Assembly: GCA_030704615.1 (NCBI GenBank) | Contig: CM060731.1 | Coordinates: 58,838,001-58,902,000, forward strand | Length of the DNA: 64,000 bases | Source of the DNA: Takakia lepidozioides | Taxonomy: Eukaryota; Plantae; Bryophyta | Reading direction: 5' to 3' | Part shown: piece after piece, positions 24,601-38,190 of the stretch | Layout: each line of letters starts with the position of its first letter | Position numbering within the stretch: position 1 is the stretch's first letter | Program-made: the position numbers and the translations under genes | Notes under the pieces: model-generated | What the model saw: only the letters and a program-made list of their open reading frames with translations | The model's database searches: none | What the model was told of the DNA's origin: nothing

Positions 24601-27600
24601 GTCTCTTACAACAATCTCTGTTCCAGTAAATGCCACATAATTACCCGCCTCTGTACTAATTATTTCCTTGGTAGGCAGCTCTCCTTTTCCCTTGCTAGGT
24701 GTCGAGGCAGTTGGATCCTTGTGAAGATCTGGAACCCACTTTTCTGCATAGCGAGTTATAGCTTCACCCACCAGACTGTAAGACATGCCCTTAACTTTGA
24801 TTGCAGTGATGACCTTGCTGAATGCATCAAAGCCTAAGTTGCAGACATCTTCGATCCACCAGTCATGAGGTATGTGCTGAGCAACTGCAGTGCTCTTGAT
24901 TCCTTCCCAAAGGCCTGCTGTGCTGCCATTGCTGGAAAATGACCACCGAATTCCATGTGGATCTGTACACGCTTTCCAGGCAACTGATTCGCTACACCTT
25001 CTCACAATCTGGAGCTTCTCAGCCCAGGGTGCAAGACGCTGGCAAGTCTGCAAGACAGTGATGGAATCCTTCCAAGAGGCTAAAACTACTAAGCTCAAAT
25101 AGTTCTCTGTCTTGGACACCAGGTTCCCTTCTTCAAGATGCTCTGTCATCTCAAGATACTCTGCCGCGCAACGAAGAGTGGCCACATTTAATGGCATCAA
25201 CTCAAGGTCCATGCCATAGCAGAACTTAGTAGCCAGTTCAAAAGCCTCAGGGCCCCCCGGCATGTCATGCAGTTTTATATGGTCTTTCTCTGTGTCGCGT
25301 GATTCAAACACCAGACGGTTCAGCCGCCCGCTCCTGGAGAGCAGAGGAAACTACGCACACACACACGAACACACGACACGGAATTTGCCATTGTCAGATG
25401 TACTCTTCACATATTAAGGAATGAAGACAGTCACAACATTATTTGGCTGGTGTGGCAATCTACATCAATGAAGAGGAGGACAAGTACCTTATGAAGATGG
25501 AAGCTCCTGTCGGCAACTTCGACCAGTAGGTCACTCTGCAGCTCTGTAGCAGCAAACCTGTAATGAAGGCATCATTATGAGAAGAAAAAACAATTACTTC
25601 TGAATCTGGAAGGGAAGAAAAGGAGAAAAGAAAGAAAGAAAGAAAGGCACTTACGGTGTCAGCAAACCTGAAATGATGGTATCACTATGAGAGGAAAAAA
25701 CTATTACTTCGGGACTTGGGAGCGAGGGAGAGAGAGAAGGAAGAAAAAAAGGCACGTATTGTGTCAACAAACATGTAATGAAGGCATCACTATGAGAAGA
25801 AAAAAAGTACTTCTGGACCTGGGAGGGAAAGGGGGGAAGAGAAAGTAAGGGAGAAGGCACTCACTGAGTCAGCAAACCTGTAATGAAGGCATCACTATGA
25901 AAAGAAACAAATTACTTCTGAACCTGGGAGGGGAGGGAGAGAAAGAAAGGAAGAATTAAGGCACTTATGATGTCCATTGGAGGCCCCAAGGACTCAAGCA
26001 AGCAGCCCAAGAAAAGAAAGAAATTGTACAACCTCCAGTATACAATATAGTGGCTGACCTTACTCCCCTCATGAAGCTTAGACTCCATACCACAAATAAG
26101 TTGGGTGGCCTCAGCTACATATCTACATGCCTCTTCTTCTCCTGTTAACAGTTAGAAATTCTGCCTTGATGCAAAATATCAATATACAAGATTGCAGCCT
26201 GCCACGTGATCCATGTTTTACTCATACATCCCAATAGTGGCAGTATGAAGACCCAATGTGCAGGGGCGAGATGGCCGCAAGTGCATATGGGAACCATCTA
26301 TGCTAACTGGGAAGACTTCCTCTTACAAAAATTGCCTGTGCAAATCTTACTCTGCTGCTACTTCATGATCTCTTGTATATTTGGCACCTGTTGGACAATG
26401 GTAGGCAACATTCCAATGGCCACTGCGGAACAAGGACAGGAAGAACGAATGTTTGATATGGAATCTTGCACCTAATCTCAACAGGGAACCTCCAAACTTT
26501 GAAAAATTGCCAGCAGGTAGGCTGCACTTGCATGAATTTGTGACGACCAACTTCATGCATGTTGTTTCACCTAACAGTCCTATATGCTACTGAAGCTCAA
26601 GAGTTCAACAAAAGTCAATCATGTTCAAAGAATAGGAGGGGATAAAGTTGGCTGCAGAGATAATTTCCAGAGTAGGGCCTGTTTACACACAGTGAATATG
26701 ACATCTGACTTGTATATACTTTTGTGGCCTTGAGCTGGTCCACCGCTTTGGCCTCTACTTGTAATCACATGTAGCACTCGCCGAAGCGGATTTCATTTAA
26801 CTCGCGAGTAAGAGGAAGAACACTTCACAATTGGACAAGAGAGAGGTGAAAGCATACCAAGTTTGGCTCTTTGATTGAACACCATTGGCCTTCAACTCCG
26901 TCTTCTGAAGGCTCATTTGACCCCTGTTACTGTGCTCCTCTCTGTCATAGCTCCTCCGATGGCTCCTAGTACTGCGGTTTTCAAGGGGACTCTGATGGTT
27001 GCTGTGTCGGCTTCCGTTACTGTGTTCCTCTTTCTCTTCGCTAATGCGATTACCGTGACTATTCTTTCCGGGACTGCAATGGCTCTTGCGGTATCTTCGG
27101 TCACTTAGATCTTCTCTCTCATGGCTAGTGTACTGGATCCCGTTACTGTGCTTTCCGGGACTGTGATGACTCCCGTTACTGTGCTTTTGGGACTTGTGAA
27201 CACTTCCATTACCGTGCTCTTGTCTTCCATTGATCCTGTGGTGGGGTCTGTCACAATGATCTTCTCTCTCGTGATTAGTGCGGTAGCCCCCAGGATTTTG
27301 GTTATCGGGACTGTAACGGCTCCTGTGGTGGCTCCAATTGCTGTGCTGATCTTCACTGTCATAGCTAGTCTGCTGAACCCCATTACTGCGCTGCCCGGCA
27401 CCCCCACCTTCACTACTATGCTCTCCTCTCCCATGGCTGGTATGAATACTCCCGTTAATGGGCTCTCCCCCACACTGTTTTTCGGGGCTCTCTGACTTGA
27501 CAGGTTTGGCTTTCGATACAGGACTGTACCTCGCAGCATTGAAATGCGCATGGCTAGTCAAGACCCCCTCCCCCGTGGTCGGCATCGACATTGGTTTCAC

Positions 27601-27606
27601 GACCAT
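18643..27606 (-). CDS. NPH3: NPH3-clade BTB/POZ-NPH3 (NRL) phototropin-interacting protein. Exons 27606-26858, 25557-25488, 25350-24304, 23834-23571, 19997-19869, 19601-19317, 18903-18643
   Basis: [76 protein letters not shown], a coiled coil and C-terminal RWRNSVS (NPH3 ends RWRNSIS); all introns GT-AG. Confidence 0.92.
20231..22825 (-). mobile_element. 5'-truncated non-LTR retrotransposon (RT plus C-terminal CCHC; RTEX/L2-like) in NPH3 intron 4, flanked by a 16-bp TSD
   Basis: RT motifs [45 protein letters not shown]; CPLC...[10 protein letters not shown]; ccatggagtaagagat at 20215-20230 and 22826-22841; several frameshifts. Confidence 0.93.
22842..23156 (-). mobile_element. Second, ~315-bp 3' fragment of the same LINE abutting the TSD
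   Basis: Highly similar to 20231-20539. Confidence 0.92.
25551..25975 (-). repeat. ~105-bp tandem repeat (4 units) duplicating the NPH3 intron-1 3' splice site
   Basis: a(g/a)caaac(c/a)tg(t/a)aatga.gg.atca.tatga recurs near 25551, 25661, 25766 and 25871. Confidence 0.85.
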
Positions 27607-30600
27607 TGCTTACTTCCTACGAACTTTTGAAGTGACATGCTCGATTTTCCAGAGTTCCTTGGATCATCCCTTCCAATGCGAGTGAGCCCCAAGGCTGTTA
27701 CCGTGTTCAGTCAGTGATAGCTCTCCAGAAGTACAACCTCCGCCTTCCAAACTCTCCAAGTTCTCCGCTCTCTAATTGCTACTTTTTCCTCGACTGTTCA
27801 AAGGGCCCGGTGAATTGTTAGTATGATTTTGCAAGTGCAGTGAATACAAAGATTGCAATGAGCTAACCCATGGTGAAATTTTCAAGCTATCGCTAATGCG
27901 TCCCACCCATATCTTCTCCCCATACTCTGAGAATCAGTTGAGCTTGACTGGTCTGACACTCGGTTAGAGCTGTACAGCAAAACGCTGTAGTTGGAAGACG
28001 AGAAGTCTATGTGATCGCTCAGCGTCACATCCACAATCACAGCCACAATTCTCCAACGACTGAGGCTGAGCATCAGTCAAGGTTGGTTTACCTGTGTACC
28101 TCTCTCCCACCACCACAGATCCCCAGCCACGCGTGAACTCCACACAAGCAAAGAGTGTGACTGACTGACAATACTGGGCCCATATTCCAAGGCAGCCACC
28201 TCAAGCAAGCTTCCGACGGTGGTAATGTACAGTGGGGTCCTTGTCCCTGCTCCAGGCACTACTCTCTACATCTCCAAACTTTTCAACCCACCTTCATCAC
28301 ACACACACACACACACTCTCTGTCTCTCTCTCTCGCTCCCTCTCTCTCCACGTGGGTTCCCAAATGGAAGTTGGTAGCAGCCACTCGTCTGCGCAGCTAG
28401 GCACGAGTAATGGCCTGCCTCAGGCATCTGATGGACCGGATTGCCACCCACAATCCTCAAAACGAGTTCGCTCCTGGCACTTGCCAATTTTAGGCAGTTC
28501 CAATTGATTTGCTTGGGTCCACCCGTAACATCTGGCAAGAATAAAACACTGATTCTACTCCACCACCACCATGACGTCCAGTTCTGGCTACAATACTGTT
28601 GGATCTACCTGGCTTCAGCTTAGTGAAAGCATGTGGCTGAAATTCTTTGAGGCCGAAGGTGAGACGGCTAATACCAACTAGGTTTTGCATGGGGACAAAT
28701 TGGAATATTTCAAATCCGATGAACTCGAAGGTGATGATGAGTCATGTGTGCAACGTTCATGCGCTAGCTACTCCATCGCTCATCGGCTGTCAGACCTCGA
28801 CATGCGGGGTCGGCGTGTTTTGCTACAAATCGAATCATGGGTCTGGGAGGTGCTTGATTTCCAGGCAAGATTGTTCTCTGACCTTGTGTGTCAACTGGCC
28901 AGTAAGAACCATCTCCATGACGGCCCACATGACGTTGGCCAAAGCTGACATATATCAGTGCGCCTCCTTCACCCATTCAAAGGGCTATGCGTCTGACGGG
29001 AGGAGGCCGTAACATTCTTATTGGAAGACTCTGCCTTTTTACTGGCTCGATGACCTAAGCTCTTCTTCTTCTGCAAATTCTCCAAAATCGTGCCACCCAT
29101 GATCTAAGTAGGCTCCACAAGTCTGTAACTTGTACTCATACCTATACTTGCACTCTGTGGACAGTCTGCTGTGACTCTTCGAGGGTTTTACCTGTAGCCC
29201 TCCCTTAATGGTCAACCCGCAGTCAGCTGCATTTACTACTGGAACATTCAATCAGTAATGCACCTCACTGGAATGACTAAAAATTGGTTGATAAACCCGG
29301 ATCAGTGCCTTTAACAGTTCAAAATACCCTCGTTGATGAACGAGGCGGGAAGCTGACAGACAGTTCCACTACATACGCTCTAGGAATCATGGTGGGCGTA
29401 GTTCGCCCCGCCAGATTTTGGCATGTTCTCAGTAAGGTGGTTTGTATCATAGCTCACTGTGACGACGCCCCTATTCTATACACACCATATAGCCCACCAT
29501 ATTCTATACACACTGAAAAAGTGTTGTAGACTCCTAGGGGTGGCCTGCAAAAGGTCTCATAGCACAGTCATTGGAATCCAGAACAATGAGCACTCTCTCT
29601 GACAGCCCCCACAACCTGGCTTACGTGCAGTACAACATTCATGCCAACATTCATACCCTCCTACATACCCTTACACCTCACGACAAGGCATCACATATAT
29701 CCTTCATTAAATCTTCTCACGGAATTCTCCACTTCCAATTGAAGTCCTCAATTCATTTGAGATTGATTGTCTAAAGCTGGAGTCTCACTTGCTCTCAAGA
29801 TAATAAGTATGGGAGCGAAGGTGACACCAAGTCATCAATCACGTTTGAACTTTGGAGATGAGTCCGTCACGTGAAATGTTTGTTGTGGCCCAACTCAACT
29901 TCTTCACCACTGGTTTACAGTACATAAAATGTACATACAATGCAGCCTGTCGGAATCAGCCCAGCACTTTTAGTTCAGTTGTTACGGTAATTGGAACACA
30001 CGTCTCTCAGAAAATTTGAGTGCAGGTAGTATTCATCTCACTCATTCCTCAGCACCTTTATACCAAAGTTCCCAGCTTCATGCAAGACAGAATTCCTCAT
30101 CTGACTGTCAACTTTTCTTATCAGGAAGTGTAGAGAATTCTCATATGGCTTGGTATGTAATAAGTACAGGATTGTAATACATCCTCATCGTCACCCACCT
30201 CCTCATCATGCTAGCATCGCTCATTGATTAGCTGGGTGTCGGTGGGTTAAACACTTGCATGCAACCCATGGATTCAGTGATTGTACCCTCACAACTATGT
30301 GCTCGCAAGGTACTTGAAATGTTTGTGGATCTGCTTGTCCTCATTTCTGAGCTGCTTGATCCGCAGACTGGCAAACTTGCACGGGATTGATGGAAGAAGA
30401 AGGATGATTGTTGTGAGAGAGAGTTTTACGCAGCAGCCAGCAGGCACACAGCTATTTACTTCCATAATTGTTGTACATGCACAGAGAACATTTCTGTGCC
30501 CTAATTACTTTCTATACCAAATCTGGCTTGGGTCATTAATTAGAACTGTGACTAGTACACATACCGATTCCTTACTAATAAACCTCATTTTTATTTTCCT

Positions 30601-30668
30601 GTAAAGATGACCCCTCACACAAAATCAGGCCCCTTAATTATAGTGAGAGAAGAAAATTACCGCTCACA

Positions 30669-31187
30669 CAGTACCAGGTTAATACCAGTGTTGGTCTGGT
30701 ATTAGGTTTTTGACATACCAGACTGGTCCTGGTCCTGAAAACAAATACAATAAACATAAAGTAAATATAAAAAATTACATGTATGTACACATAAATTAGT
30801 ATAGTACACATACCAGAGTAAATGAGGAAGAGGGGGGCGGGTACTGGTATTGTGGCTGGTGTGAGAAAACGGATACCAGCCTGGTCTGGTATGTGACCTG
30901 GTATGTAGAACTAAAAGACCAGGCTGGTCTGGTCCTTGATACCAGGGTTGATACCAGCATTGATACTCGGGTCTGATACCCAGACCAGACCAACACTGGT
31001 TGATACCAGTTGGTTTTGCAAGGTATTGTGATTTTGACCCAGTATTTAGTACCAAAATCATTCTCTTTCTGAAATACTTAGAACCGACCGGTATAAAATC
31101 TTCCCAAAAAATAAAACTTAGACCCGGCTGGTATGAGAAAATTGTAATACCAGAAGATTATACCACACCGGACAATCATCTACCTGG
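30669..31187. mobile_element. Probable MITE/DNA-transposon remnant rich in short ccag/ctgg/atacc inverted motifs
   Basis: Dense ataccag/ctggtat motifs in both orientations; termini and TSD not resolved. Confidence 0.4.
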
Positions 31188-31439
31188 GTGGCACAGTCGG
31201 TGCACTATCCATCAGAGCAACCAATTGGTAACTCACTTTAAACTAGCGGCAAAGAGCCCGTCCCAAAGGGAGTGGGAAAATACAAGAAGTGCATTCCGTC
31301 CTACAATGTGCAGCACTACTGAAAGAAAAAGAGAAGGAAAATGAACCCAGAAACCGATGCCGATAATTTGCTTACATGTATCAGTTAATTTTTTTCAAAA
31401 AATCAGTTAGTGTCACCACATTATTATCACTGTTCGATA

Positions 31440-31730
31440 CCAACATGATTAGCATTGCAGTTCCAGAGTACTGCGCCCAACCATGCACTTCATGCCCATG
31501 CACCGACATTTCCCATGCGAACATGATTAGCGTAGTTGGGCACAATTCCGGAGTACTTCGCCCAACCATGCACTTCATGTCGAGAGACACCCGCATTTCC
31601 CTTGCGAACATTATTAGCATAGTGGGACAAAGTTACAGAGTACTTCCCCACGCACCAACATTTCCCTAGCGAACATGATTTGCATAGTTGGACGCAGTTC
31701 CGGAGTACTGCACCCAACCATGCACTCATT
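31440..31730. repeat. Degenerate minisatellite, ~65-85-bp unit x4
   Basis: Recurrent aacatgattagc...gagtact.c.cccaaccatgcact...catttccc. Confidence 0.8.
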
Positions 31731-32197
31731 GTGAAACATAGCAAAGACAAAAACCCAAAACACCAAAACTCCAAACATGTCACTACGGAGTGACACCCCC
31801 CCCCCACAATCTCATATGTAGCTCTGTGTGAACAAGATTGAGTTGCAAGTGTTGGTCAGTCTACTGTTGCACTGGACGCTTTCTTCAGAGGGCCTGCCAT
31901 GGTGGCTGTCAGTATGGCACTTTGCAGGCATCCAACAAAAGATGAAAAAAGGGATGGCTCATCCTACGGAAGCGTACATTATGGTGTCTCTTCACCCCAA
32001 GGGACTATTGCCTTCCGTTGGAAAGTGGGCACAAAATGGAACTTACAACAGAGTGTAAAGTGGCAATACATGTGACTCCTGTGTCTCATTTTATTGACCC
32101 TGACTTGGGTCCTTTGTTTTTGGTGGTGTTGTAGGATCTCTTTGAAAAGTTCATTCTATTGGAGAATTGTTGACTTGGGAAATATGTTGCTTTTATC

Positions 32198-32458
32198 CTT
32201 TTTTCTTTTTTTATTAAAGGGAAACACCTGGGAGCGACAGCTCACACATCAGGCCCTTTAATTATATAGTGAGAGGAGAAAATAAAATAAAATAATCTGA
32301 AGATAACCTCTTTCACAGTATGTGAAGGCTTTCGCAAGGGACACCGCCCAAGGGAAGGGGGAGAAGAGCATACCACACCTGTCCAGGTAGCAGGATTTGA
32401 CCCCAGAATCATCTGGGTGGCCCTGAGTGCACTATCCAACTGAGCTACCGACTCTTGG
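32198..32458 (-). mobile_element. tRNA-derived SINE (head resembles tRNA-Gly GCC) with A-rich tail and 10-bp TSD
   Basis: Minus strand shows A box TAGCTCAGTTGG, B box GGGTCAAATCC and GCC in the anticodon position; TSD tgcttttatc at 32188-32197 and 32459-32468. Confidence 0.85.
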
Positions 32459-33383
32459 TGCTTTTATCTATTCTTGATGACTGGGAAAAATGAAAACCCT
32501 AATGCATTGTATACGTAATTGTGAAGGACAAATAAACACAAAAGAAAATAATAACAACCACAATACTTAACTTTTGGGCCAATACGCGGGCCCCACACCG
32601 CACGTTCTGGGCGTGTGCCCCTATTCTGGCGCATCCCTACCTACCCACTCTCTAACCCATCCCCACCAACCCACTCGTCGACGCGGTTAATTTAACCCAC
32701 CCCCGCCTGCCCGGACCATGAGGGGCAGCACTCCCATTACACACGTACATATATATATATAGAGCGAGAGAGAGACCCATAAATTTGGGAATAATTTGTA
32801 GAGCGCCTTCAGTGCGCGGGTCACTCTTTATCATCAACCGAAAATTAAAATTATAAACTAAAATTAAAATTTTGCAACTAATTTACATGGTTTGCAAATT
32901 TACATGGGTTGCAGATGCATTGTAATCTCGACATCGGCATTTGTAATACCAACAAATCCGTCACCATCACCAACATGTTTGTCGTGAAAGGAGGCCGCAC
33001 GGCGAGAATGTAATTGCGACACCCGAGCAGCTGGTGATACAATCCCACACTTGTGGTGTGTAACATGGCTGTGTGGCTGCTTCAATTTTTCCTATGAATG
33101 TGGAGCGGAGATCCACATCGATGTAATTTCCTACATCCGTCAACTTTTGCAGGGCCGGATTCTTACTTGATCTCAAAATGATGAGTGATGATATGTTATG
33201 TTTATTGTGGTCAGTTTATTATTCCTACTGGACCAGTTTACTAGTATTTCGTCCCTTCTTACAATATTTCTCGTCTTCTTTTTTGTTTGAAAAAATGGTG
33301 TGTGTGCCTTATGGTGAACTGGGGGGTTTTAATTTTTTTTCCCCTAATCATTCGAGATAAAGTAATATCCAGGGCCCTGTCCC

Positions 33384-33635
33384 TTTTTTTCTTTTCTTTT
33401 TTCTTTTTTCCTTTTTTTTCCCAGGGAAACACCTGGGAGCGACAGCTCACAAATCAGGCCCCTTTGACAGAGAGAGGAGGAAATAACCTCTCAGTAACCT
33501 CGCCGTAAGGCTTTCAGATGCGACACCGCGCAGGGAAGGGGGAGAAGAGCGTACCACACCCGTCAAGTAGCAGGATTTGACCCCAGGGTCATCCGGATGG
33601 CACTCAGTGCACTTTACCAACTGAGCTACTGACTG
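33384..33635 (-). mobile_element. Second copy of the tRNA-derived SINE
   Basis: Same A/B boxes and body (ggaaacacctgggagcgacagctcac; ggggagaagagc.taccacacc), A-rich tail; a further partial body lies at ~30615-30670. Confidence 0.85.
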
Positions 33636-35269
33636 TTAATCCAAAAATAAATAAATAAATAGAACATGCTTTTCTTTCTCTTTCTTTTTCAGATCCATGA
33701 ATTCGAACCAAAAAAAAGCAGGGAATGGTCGCTGGGCCAGCAAATGGCAGGGGCCGCTCTAAGTACAAACGATATGGGATAATTCGCGCAGACTGGCCGT
33801 CGTATTATTATTATTTTTATTCCACGCTCCTCGGGCCCCGGGCTGGCGCCGCCCACCGCACGTTCGCCGCCGTTGTACCATATATTCATCCGTCCCCTCC
33901 GCCGCCGCATTCATCCTGTTATCCACGTATTGCAGTTTCTTAAGCTAAATACCCGTAGAAAGATTCGTATGAATACTTGCAGTTTGACGGTGAGCTCCAT
34001 CCTAGAGCGAGGAATGGTGGAGCTCATCACAAAGCTTTCATGGCGGCCTGCAAGTGGAGGCGATCCGAGGACGAGTGTGATTGTCCGACCTCTCCTGTAA
34101 AGCTTCTTCATGCTGCTCCTCACTCTCTTCTCTCCTCATTTAGTCTGCCGAACATGGTGCTCCAGCCACAATGATGGTCTCAGTTTTCTATATTCACAAG
34201 AAAACTGGAGAGTGGGTGCTTGGTTTGAGATATCTGAAGTAGTTTCTGTGAAGATTGCTGCAAGGTTTGAAACTCATGTTGACTCCCCCTGGTTGTAACG
34301 AAGTTTATGTCCTTAAGGTCCAAAGCCTTGAGAATCCACACACATAAAACTCATTTAGCACAACCAACATTGCTTGCATGACATGTGAGAACTGAGGTCA
34401 AACTGCCTGGCTGCAGCAGTGATAATGATATTGTTAGGGCATTACAGAATCAAATCGAGAGTACACTTCATCAGAAAAAGGCACGACCTCCAGAATCTGT
34501 CACATCCACATCTTCCTTTGATTGAATGCAGAGAGAGCTACTGCAACTCTGGTGAAGAGATCTTGTGACGGACACCACCTGTCTGCTGTTTGTTAGCCTA
34601 ACTCTCTCATTCAATTGGGCCACTGGCCTCTTCCATGGGCTCTACCGCTACCACCGTAAATGAAGACTTCAGACCACCGTGCCCCGTGCCCCTTAAGTAT
34701 TGTTCTGATCAGCAAGGTTCTGCCACAACACAGAGATAATCTTCAGTTTTACGTTAGAGCCGCCTTGATCCCCAGGCATGCCAATTCAGCTGCCAAGGTG
34801 GACCCGTCATGGTTTCCTGGCACAAGGACTCTCGTGCCGATGATAACCTCTGGCTTTGCCTCTACACATTTACAGCTTTGACAATAAGATTCTGCCATCT
34901 GGTACACATTTTTGCAGTCCGTTTGCTTATAATGACATTTTACTTGCAGGTTTGCACAATCTGTGTGCAGAGTTTAGGATTTTGTGAAGGTAAGTTATTT
35001 TTCTTCGGAACCCTTCCTCGAGCAGAGCTTTCAGATAAGTATCCTTCTAAATCAAAATCTGTAGATTGCTGCAGTCCAGTCGCTCCATTGCCCGTGGTGA
35101 TACTAAGTATCACTAATGCAAACAGTTCACCCATGATGTCATGTACTTTCAAGATTATCAGTAGTAGCATTTCCGCCTGAGCTAGCTCGTCCAGAACTGG
35201 GAGCTGGACCCATGACAAATGGACATGTCTGCTGAACTTACTACTAAATACCACAGCTGGTGGTTGAGG

Positions 35270-37100
35270 ATTTCAGGATCATAAGACGAGTGGGAAAAGA
35301 AGTTTTGCCTTCTTTGTATCTCATGAATCTAACATTAGCAGACACCTCTCATACAATGAACGTAGCCAATAAATACACCCGGGTCGTCGCAGTTGGTGCA
35401 TAGCCCCTCATTCATCTCTCTCAAGACCTCCATGGCTTTGGCCTTCCTACCTTCTTTGCAATAGAGCTGGAACAGTGTGTTGTAGACATCGGGGTGGGAG
35501 ACACCCCTGCATCCTTAATGTGACGGTAGAGCTTCACAGCTTTCTATAAATCTCCCAATTTTCCACACAAATTCAACGTCACGCGTGACCTAGCCTTCAT
35601 GATAGTGGTATACATAACAATATTTGGCTGAAAGCCTGCTCCTTTGTATTGCTGAAAGAGGGTCTCTACCTCCTCCATTAAACCCAGTTTGCTGCATGCT
35701 GCCATCATGGCTGTGCAGTCCTCCAGTTGCAGCTTTAGCTCTCGGCTCTTCAATAGTAACTGCACAAACATTTTTGCTCTTGCACAACTGGCAATGCTTA
35801 TCAACTTTGCATATCCGTGTGTATCATCGGCACTACCTTCTGCCCCCAAATGTAGCAGCTCCATGGCCTCTTTACAAATCCACAGTTGGCGTACACACGC
35901 CCAAGTGCTCGAGAAGATCTCGCAGACAATGCCCCATGAGTGGCTCGCAGTTGAGCAGCCACTTCTAATTCTCTGTTTTCTACAGCAACTTGAATCATTA
36001 CAAAAACTAGCATCTCATCATGGGCACCAAAGGTAAGGTTGCTGCTGGACCCAAGTGAGCTTCTCTGTGAAGACCCCCCCAGTTTTCAAAGACCTCCGAA
36101 ACACTGTAATCTGAAGGTAAATTCTGAATGTGATCCACCAATTCCGCAATTGATCGCATACTATTGCTGGATGGAGCTGATGGAAAGACATTATTGAGAG
36201 TCCGGGGAAAAGTGTTTGGACGGGACGGGAGAGGCAGGAATCGCCGTAGTTTGTGAGGCATAGGGATGGGCAAAGCTCGACTCCTCTCTTTGTTTTTCCG
36301 CTGCTCTGCATCTGTTAGCTCCAAAGAGAGATTTTTGAGCAGTAAAGGATCTGGATTTGCTTCGATCTGAACCCCTCCATCGATGTTTCTGGACGGGCCA
36401 GCTCCCACTCTATTCAATAACTCTTCTAGGCTTGGAGACGAGGAAGAACTTTCATCCTCTAGACGAGGTGAAGACTCCAAGCCAAATGAACTTTGTAAAT
36501 CTCCTTTGAGTCACACCTCTCTTTGAAAGACTGGGCTTCGATCCACCCGGTTCTTCCCTTCTTCGTACTTGGGTAGTTCTGGATCCCCGAGAATAAAATG
36601 CACTCACACCCCCCCCAATCTCTCTTTCTTTGCAGAATGAGGACATTATCACTAGAGACCTGGGATTGTTTTGGGGAAACTTCATACGTGTCCCCCTTTT
36701 TCCTCAACGATGGATTCCTTGCACCGCAGTTGAGCGGCACGAACCCATGGCCACGCGATTCAACTCCGAACCCTTTTCCCTCCAGAACCCTTAATCGCAA
36801 CCTGCAGGTAATCATGCTTCTTGGGAGTGACGAGCTGTCAGCCTCGTCACTCAGATGGAGGAGACTGCGGTTACCCCAATTCAGCATCAACGTTTTGTGG
36901 GCCGAACTCCTGGATGAGCGGACGGAGACTTCGAAAATCCCAAGCCCGTGAATGTAAACGCTCAAGTCCGGATTGCAGGAGATGGAGGTGCATGTTCTTG
37001 AGACACAATTCTCCTTCCTTGAACGTTGTTCAACTGAAGCTTCAAAGACTTCAGTTTGTTTTGCAAGCCCTTCCCATTTGCAGGCTCTGTCATCGCACAA
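35270..37100 (-). pseudogene. P-class PPR gene similar to Arabidopsis EMB975 (At2g01860), broken by several frameshifts
   Basis: LKLQLEDCTAMMAACSKLG..EEVETLFQQYK.AG.QPNIVMYTTIM and WVQQQPYL resemble EMB975 segments as recalled; the reading frame is split over at least 4 ORFs. Confidence 0.7.
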
Positions 37101-38190
37101 GAACAGCGCTTATCAGCTATCAGCGACAGTTTCCACACGAACTCAAGATCAGGGCCAGATCGCAACTTGCAAACCCCAATCACCCGCAGACATCGTACCA
37201 GATTGCAGATGATACAGTCTGACCTGGATAAATGTTAACAGTCGGGAGTAGAAAAAAAATAACATTTAGACAAGATTAACACATTAACAGTTTATGAAGT
37301 GTGATTCCCAACCACCAGGGTCAAATACCCGGTGCTTCATCACCTACCATTTAACTCACAGACACTAATTTAGCTACATGAAACTCATAATGCAATATCT
37401 GTGCACAATTTCTGAGTAAGAGTGAAGGTAGTTGCCAGTAACAAAACCCTCCTTTATCCTCTTCTGTGACACACACATCCACTCAGCAAATCCAAAGGTT
37501 GATAGAAAAGATCTTATGCAATTTTAATCAAACCAAAGTTTTCATCGATATGGATTTGAGCCTTCTGATCCCTCTTTGAACTATTTTACTCCCCCCTCAG
37601 GCGTCCACAACAACCGCTCTCCACTCAAGTCTTCTACAGAATATGGAGTGAATAATGCTTTGTAATAGGGCACATAAAAGGTTATTAACTATACCTCGTG
37701 TAGGTCCCTACAGACCACCCCATTGCTCATAGACACTGCTGATAAAACTCACAGTGGAAACCTTGCCTTTCGTTCCAGCAACATGCACCACCTATGCCCA
37801 TTTACACATCCATATTAGCATGCATGCATATGCAAATTGTCATACAATCACCAAGATACCATCAACATTGGAGTAAGTACTATTGGACACATAGGCTTCT
37901 GAAGACAATTTACTCAATTAACAGTTTCCCATGAATGCCTATGCAGGATCTTGAGGGTATGGTCCCTTGAAATACTGAGCCATCCACATCAACTATGGGG
38001 ATTACACCCACCAGGTGAGACTCCATCTGAGAGTAACAAAGCCCTTGCAGTGTTGATTAAAGAACTGGTACAGACCAGAAAGAATTTTATCGATCCACTC
38101 AAGGCACGGCTGGGCTTGATCCAGCACAAATAACATACACAGAGAGAAAAGGAGGGCATAGGGAGAGGGAGGGCAACCCGATAGTTTATT

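Noticed and set aside
26875-27551. Overlapping antisense and alternate-frame ORFs in NPH3 exon 1
   Set aside because: Expected by-product of the low-complexity coding repeat
32380-33635. Functional tRNA-Gly genes
   Set aside because: Poor cloverleaf pairing, a shared non-tRNA body, A-rich tails and a TSD indicate SINEs
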